A DNA stretch of 64,000 bases from Mobula hypostoma (Eukaryota): contig NC_086097.1 in NCBI RefSeq assembly GCF_963921235.1, positions 136,402,001 to 136,466,000 on the forward strand. The letters are read 5' to 3'. Positions within the stretch are counted from its first letter, which is position 1. Each line of letters opens with the position of its first letter. A model generated the notes under the pieces. The model made no database searches. It was not told the origin of the DNA and was given only the letters and a program-made list of their open reading frames with translations. The translations under genes and the position numbers were made by a program. This document shows, one piece after another, positions 61,050 to 64,000 of this stretch.

Positions 61050-64000
61050 TCCCCATCCCCTCACCTCTTCTCCCCTCCTCACTGTCCCCCCACCTCTCCT
61101 CCCCTCCTCACTGTCCCCCCACCTCTCCTCCCCTCCTCACTGTCCCCCCACCTCTCCTCCCCTCCTCACTGTCCCCTCACCTCTCCTCTCCTCCTCACTT
61201 CTCCGCCCCTCTCCTCTCCTCCTCACTGTCCCTCCACCTCTCCTCCCCTCCTCACTGTCCCCTCACCTCTCCTCCCCTCCTCACTGTCCCCTCACCTCTC
61301 CTCCTCACTGTCCCCCCACCTCTTCTCCCCTCCTCACTGTCCCCCCACCTCTCCTCCCCTCCTCACTGTCCCCCCACCTCTCCTCCCCTCCTCACTGTCC
61401 CCCCACCTCTCCTCCCCTCCTCACTGTCCCCTCACCTCTCCTCTCCTCCTCACTTCTCCGCCCCTCTCCTCTCCTCCTCACTGTCCCTCCACCTCTCCTC
61501 TCCTCCTCACTGTCCCTCCACCTCTCCTCCCCTCCTCACTGTCCCCTCACCTCTCCTCCCCTCCTCACTGTCCCCTCACCTCTCCTCCTCACTGTCCCTC
61601 CACCTCTCCTCCCCTCCTCACTGTCCCCCACCTCTCCTCCGCTCCTCACTGTCCCCTCACCTCTCCTCCCCTCCTCGCTGTCCCCTCACCTCTCCTCCCC
61701 TCCTCACTGTCCCTCCACCTCTCCTCCCCTCCTCACTGTCCCCCACCTCTCCTCCCCTCCTCACTGTCCCCCACCTCTCCTCACTGTCCCCTCACCTCTC
61801 CTCCCCTCCTCACTGTCCTCCACCTCTCCTCCTCACTGTCCCTCACCTCTCCTCCCCTCGTCACTGTCCCCCACTTCTCCTCCTCACTGTCCCTCAACCT
61901 CTCCTCCTCACTGTCCCTCCACTTCTCCTCCCCTCCTCACTGTCCCCCACCTCTCCTCCCCTCCTCACTTTCCCCTCACCTCTCCTCCCCTCCTCGCTGT
62001 CCCCTCACCTCTCCTCCCCTCCTCACTGTCCTCCACCTCTCCTCCCCTCCTCACTGTCCCTTCAACTCTCCTCCCCTCCTCATTGTCCTCCACATCTCCT
62101 CCCCTCCTCGCTGGCCCCTCACCTCTCCTCCCTCCTCTCTGTCCCCTCACCTCTCCTCCCCTCACTGTACCCTCACCTCTCCTCCCCTCCTCCCTGTCCT
62201 CCACCTCTCCTCCCCTCCTCACTGTACCCCCACCTCTCCTCCCCTCCTCACTGTCCTCCACCTCTCCTCCCCTCCTCACTGTCCCCCACCTCTCCTCCCC
62301 TCCTCACTGTCCCCTCACCTCTCCTCCCCTCCTCGCTGTCCCCTCACCTCTCCTCCCCTCGTCACTGTCCCCCACTTCTCCTCACTGTCCCTCCACCTCT
62401 CCTCCTCACTGTCCCTCCACCTCTCCTCCCCTCCTCACTGTCCCCCACCTCTCCTCCCCTCCTCACTTTCCCCTCACCTCTCCTCCCCTCCTCGCTGTCC
62501 CCTCACCTCTCCTCCCCTCCTCACTGTCCTCCACCTCTCCTCCCCTCCTCACTGTCCCTTCAACTCTCCTCCCCTCCTCATTGTCCTCCACATCTCCTCC
62601 CCTCCTCGCTGTCCCCTCACCTCTCCTCCCTCCTCTCTATCCCCTCACCTCTCCTCCCCTCACTGTACCCTCACCTCTCCTCCCCTCCTCACTGTCCTCC
62701 ACCTCTCCTCCCCTCCTCCACTGTACCCCCACCTCTCCTCCCCTCCTCACTGTCCTCCACCTCTCCTCCCCTCCTCACTGTCCCTCCACCTCACCTCTCC
62801 TCCCCTCACTGTACCCTCACCTCTCCTCCCCTCCTCACTGTCCCTCACCTCTCCTCCCCTCCTCACTGTCCCTCCACCTCTCCTCCCCTCCTCACTGTCC
62901 CTCACTTCTCCTCCCCTCCTCACTGTCCCTCCACCTCTCCTCCCCTCCTCACTGTCCCCTCACCTCTCCTCCCGTCCTCACTGTCCCCTCACCTCTCCTC
63001 CCCTCACTGTACCCTCACCTCTCCTCCCCTCCTCACTGTCCTCCACCTCTCCTCCCCTCCTCACTGTACCCCCACCTCTCCTCCCCTCCTCACTGTCCTC
63101 CACCTCTCCTCCCCTCCTCACTGTCCCTCCACCTCACCTCTCCTCCCCTCACTGTACCCTCACCTCTCCTTCCCTCTTCACTGTCCCCTCACCTCTCCTC
63201 CCCTCCTCACTGTCCCTCCACCTCTCCTCCCCTCCTCACTGTCCCTCACCTCTCCTCACCTCCTCACTGTCCTCCACCTCTCCTCCCCTCCTCACTGTCC
63301 CTTCACCTCTCCTCCCCTCCTCACCTCTCCTCCCCTCCTCACTGTCCCTCACTCCTCCCCTCCTCACTGTCCCTCCACCTCTCCTCCCCTCCTCACTGTC
63401 CCTCACCTCTCCTCCCCTCCTCACTGTCCCTCCACCTCTCCTCTCCTCCTCACTGTCCCCCACCTCTCCTCCCCTCCTCTGTCCCCTCAACTCTCCTCCC
63501 CTCCTCACTGTCCCTCCACCTCTCCTCCCCTCCTCACTGTCCCCTCACCTCTCCTCCTGACTGTACCCTCACCTCTCCACCCCTCCTCACTGTCCCCTCA
63601 CCTCTCCTCCCCGTCCCCCACCTCTCCACCCTCCTCACTGTCCCCTCACCTCTCCTCCCCTCCTCACTGTCCCCTCACTTCTCCTCCCTCCTCACTGTCC
63701 CCTCACCTCTCCTCCCCTCCTCACTGTCCCCCACCTCTCCTCCCCTCCTCACTGTCCCCTCACTTCTCCTCCCCTCCTCACTGTCCCTCCACCTCTCCTC
63801 CCCTCCTCACTGTCCCCACCTCTCCTCCCCTCCTCACTGTCCTCCACCTCTCCTCCTCACTGTCCCTCACCTCTCCTCTCCTCCTCACTATACCCTCACT
63901 TCTCCTCCCCTCCTCACTGTCCCCCACCTCTCCTCCCCTCCTCACTGTCCCCTAACCTCTCCTCCCCTCCTCACTGTCCCCTCACCTCTCCTCCCCTCCT
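61050..64000. repeat. Polypyrimidine/polypurine minisatellite, unit ~28-30 bp (CCCTCACCTCTCCTCCCCTCCTCACTGTC), runs off the window end
   Basis: Roughly 100 variant units; the plus strand is almost all C/T apart from CAC and ACTG. Confidence 0.97.

Noticed and set aside
60822..63560. 912-aa Pro/Ser/Leu-rich ORF resembling an extensin or mucin
   Set aside because: It is the translation of a C/T minisatellite that can hardly form stop codons. Unit lengths vary by non-multiples of three and the peptide cycles through all three frames of the unit.

Overview
Eukaryotic, repeat-dominated, apparently intergenic or intronic DNA. The repeat content points to a cartilaginous fish, probably a ray or shark (inference): CR1 LINEs, HE1/V-SINE-like SINEs, Rex1/Babar-like LINEs, and Penelope elements with minimal hammerhead ribozymes. 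I cannot confidently call any host protein-coding gene, and nearly all ORFs in the track are transposon fragments or chance frames. Main structures: (i) a four-layer nest at 8.0-12.2 kb, where a Tc1 transposon sits in a LINE tail and carries a Penelope fragment and an internally deleted Vingi-like LINE that itself carries a small insertion; (ii) a chimeric LTR element at 26.4-32.0 kb, where chromovirus LTRs and a chromodomain enclose the antisense pol and LTR of a second Gypsy element; (iii) a composite tRNA-headed SINE at 37.46-37.72 kb built from the 5' and 3' ends of the same Vingi-like family, including a candidate HDV-like ribozyme; (iv) four copies of a ~620-680 bp non-coding retroposon, one interrupted by a young L1 3' fragment; (v) a palindromic double-hammerhead insertion; (vi) a 78-bp hAT MITE; (vii) a >2.9 kb polypyrimidine minisatellite running off the right end. 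Family names come from recalled motifs, not database searches. Boundaries without a TSD are approximate.
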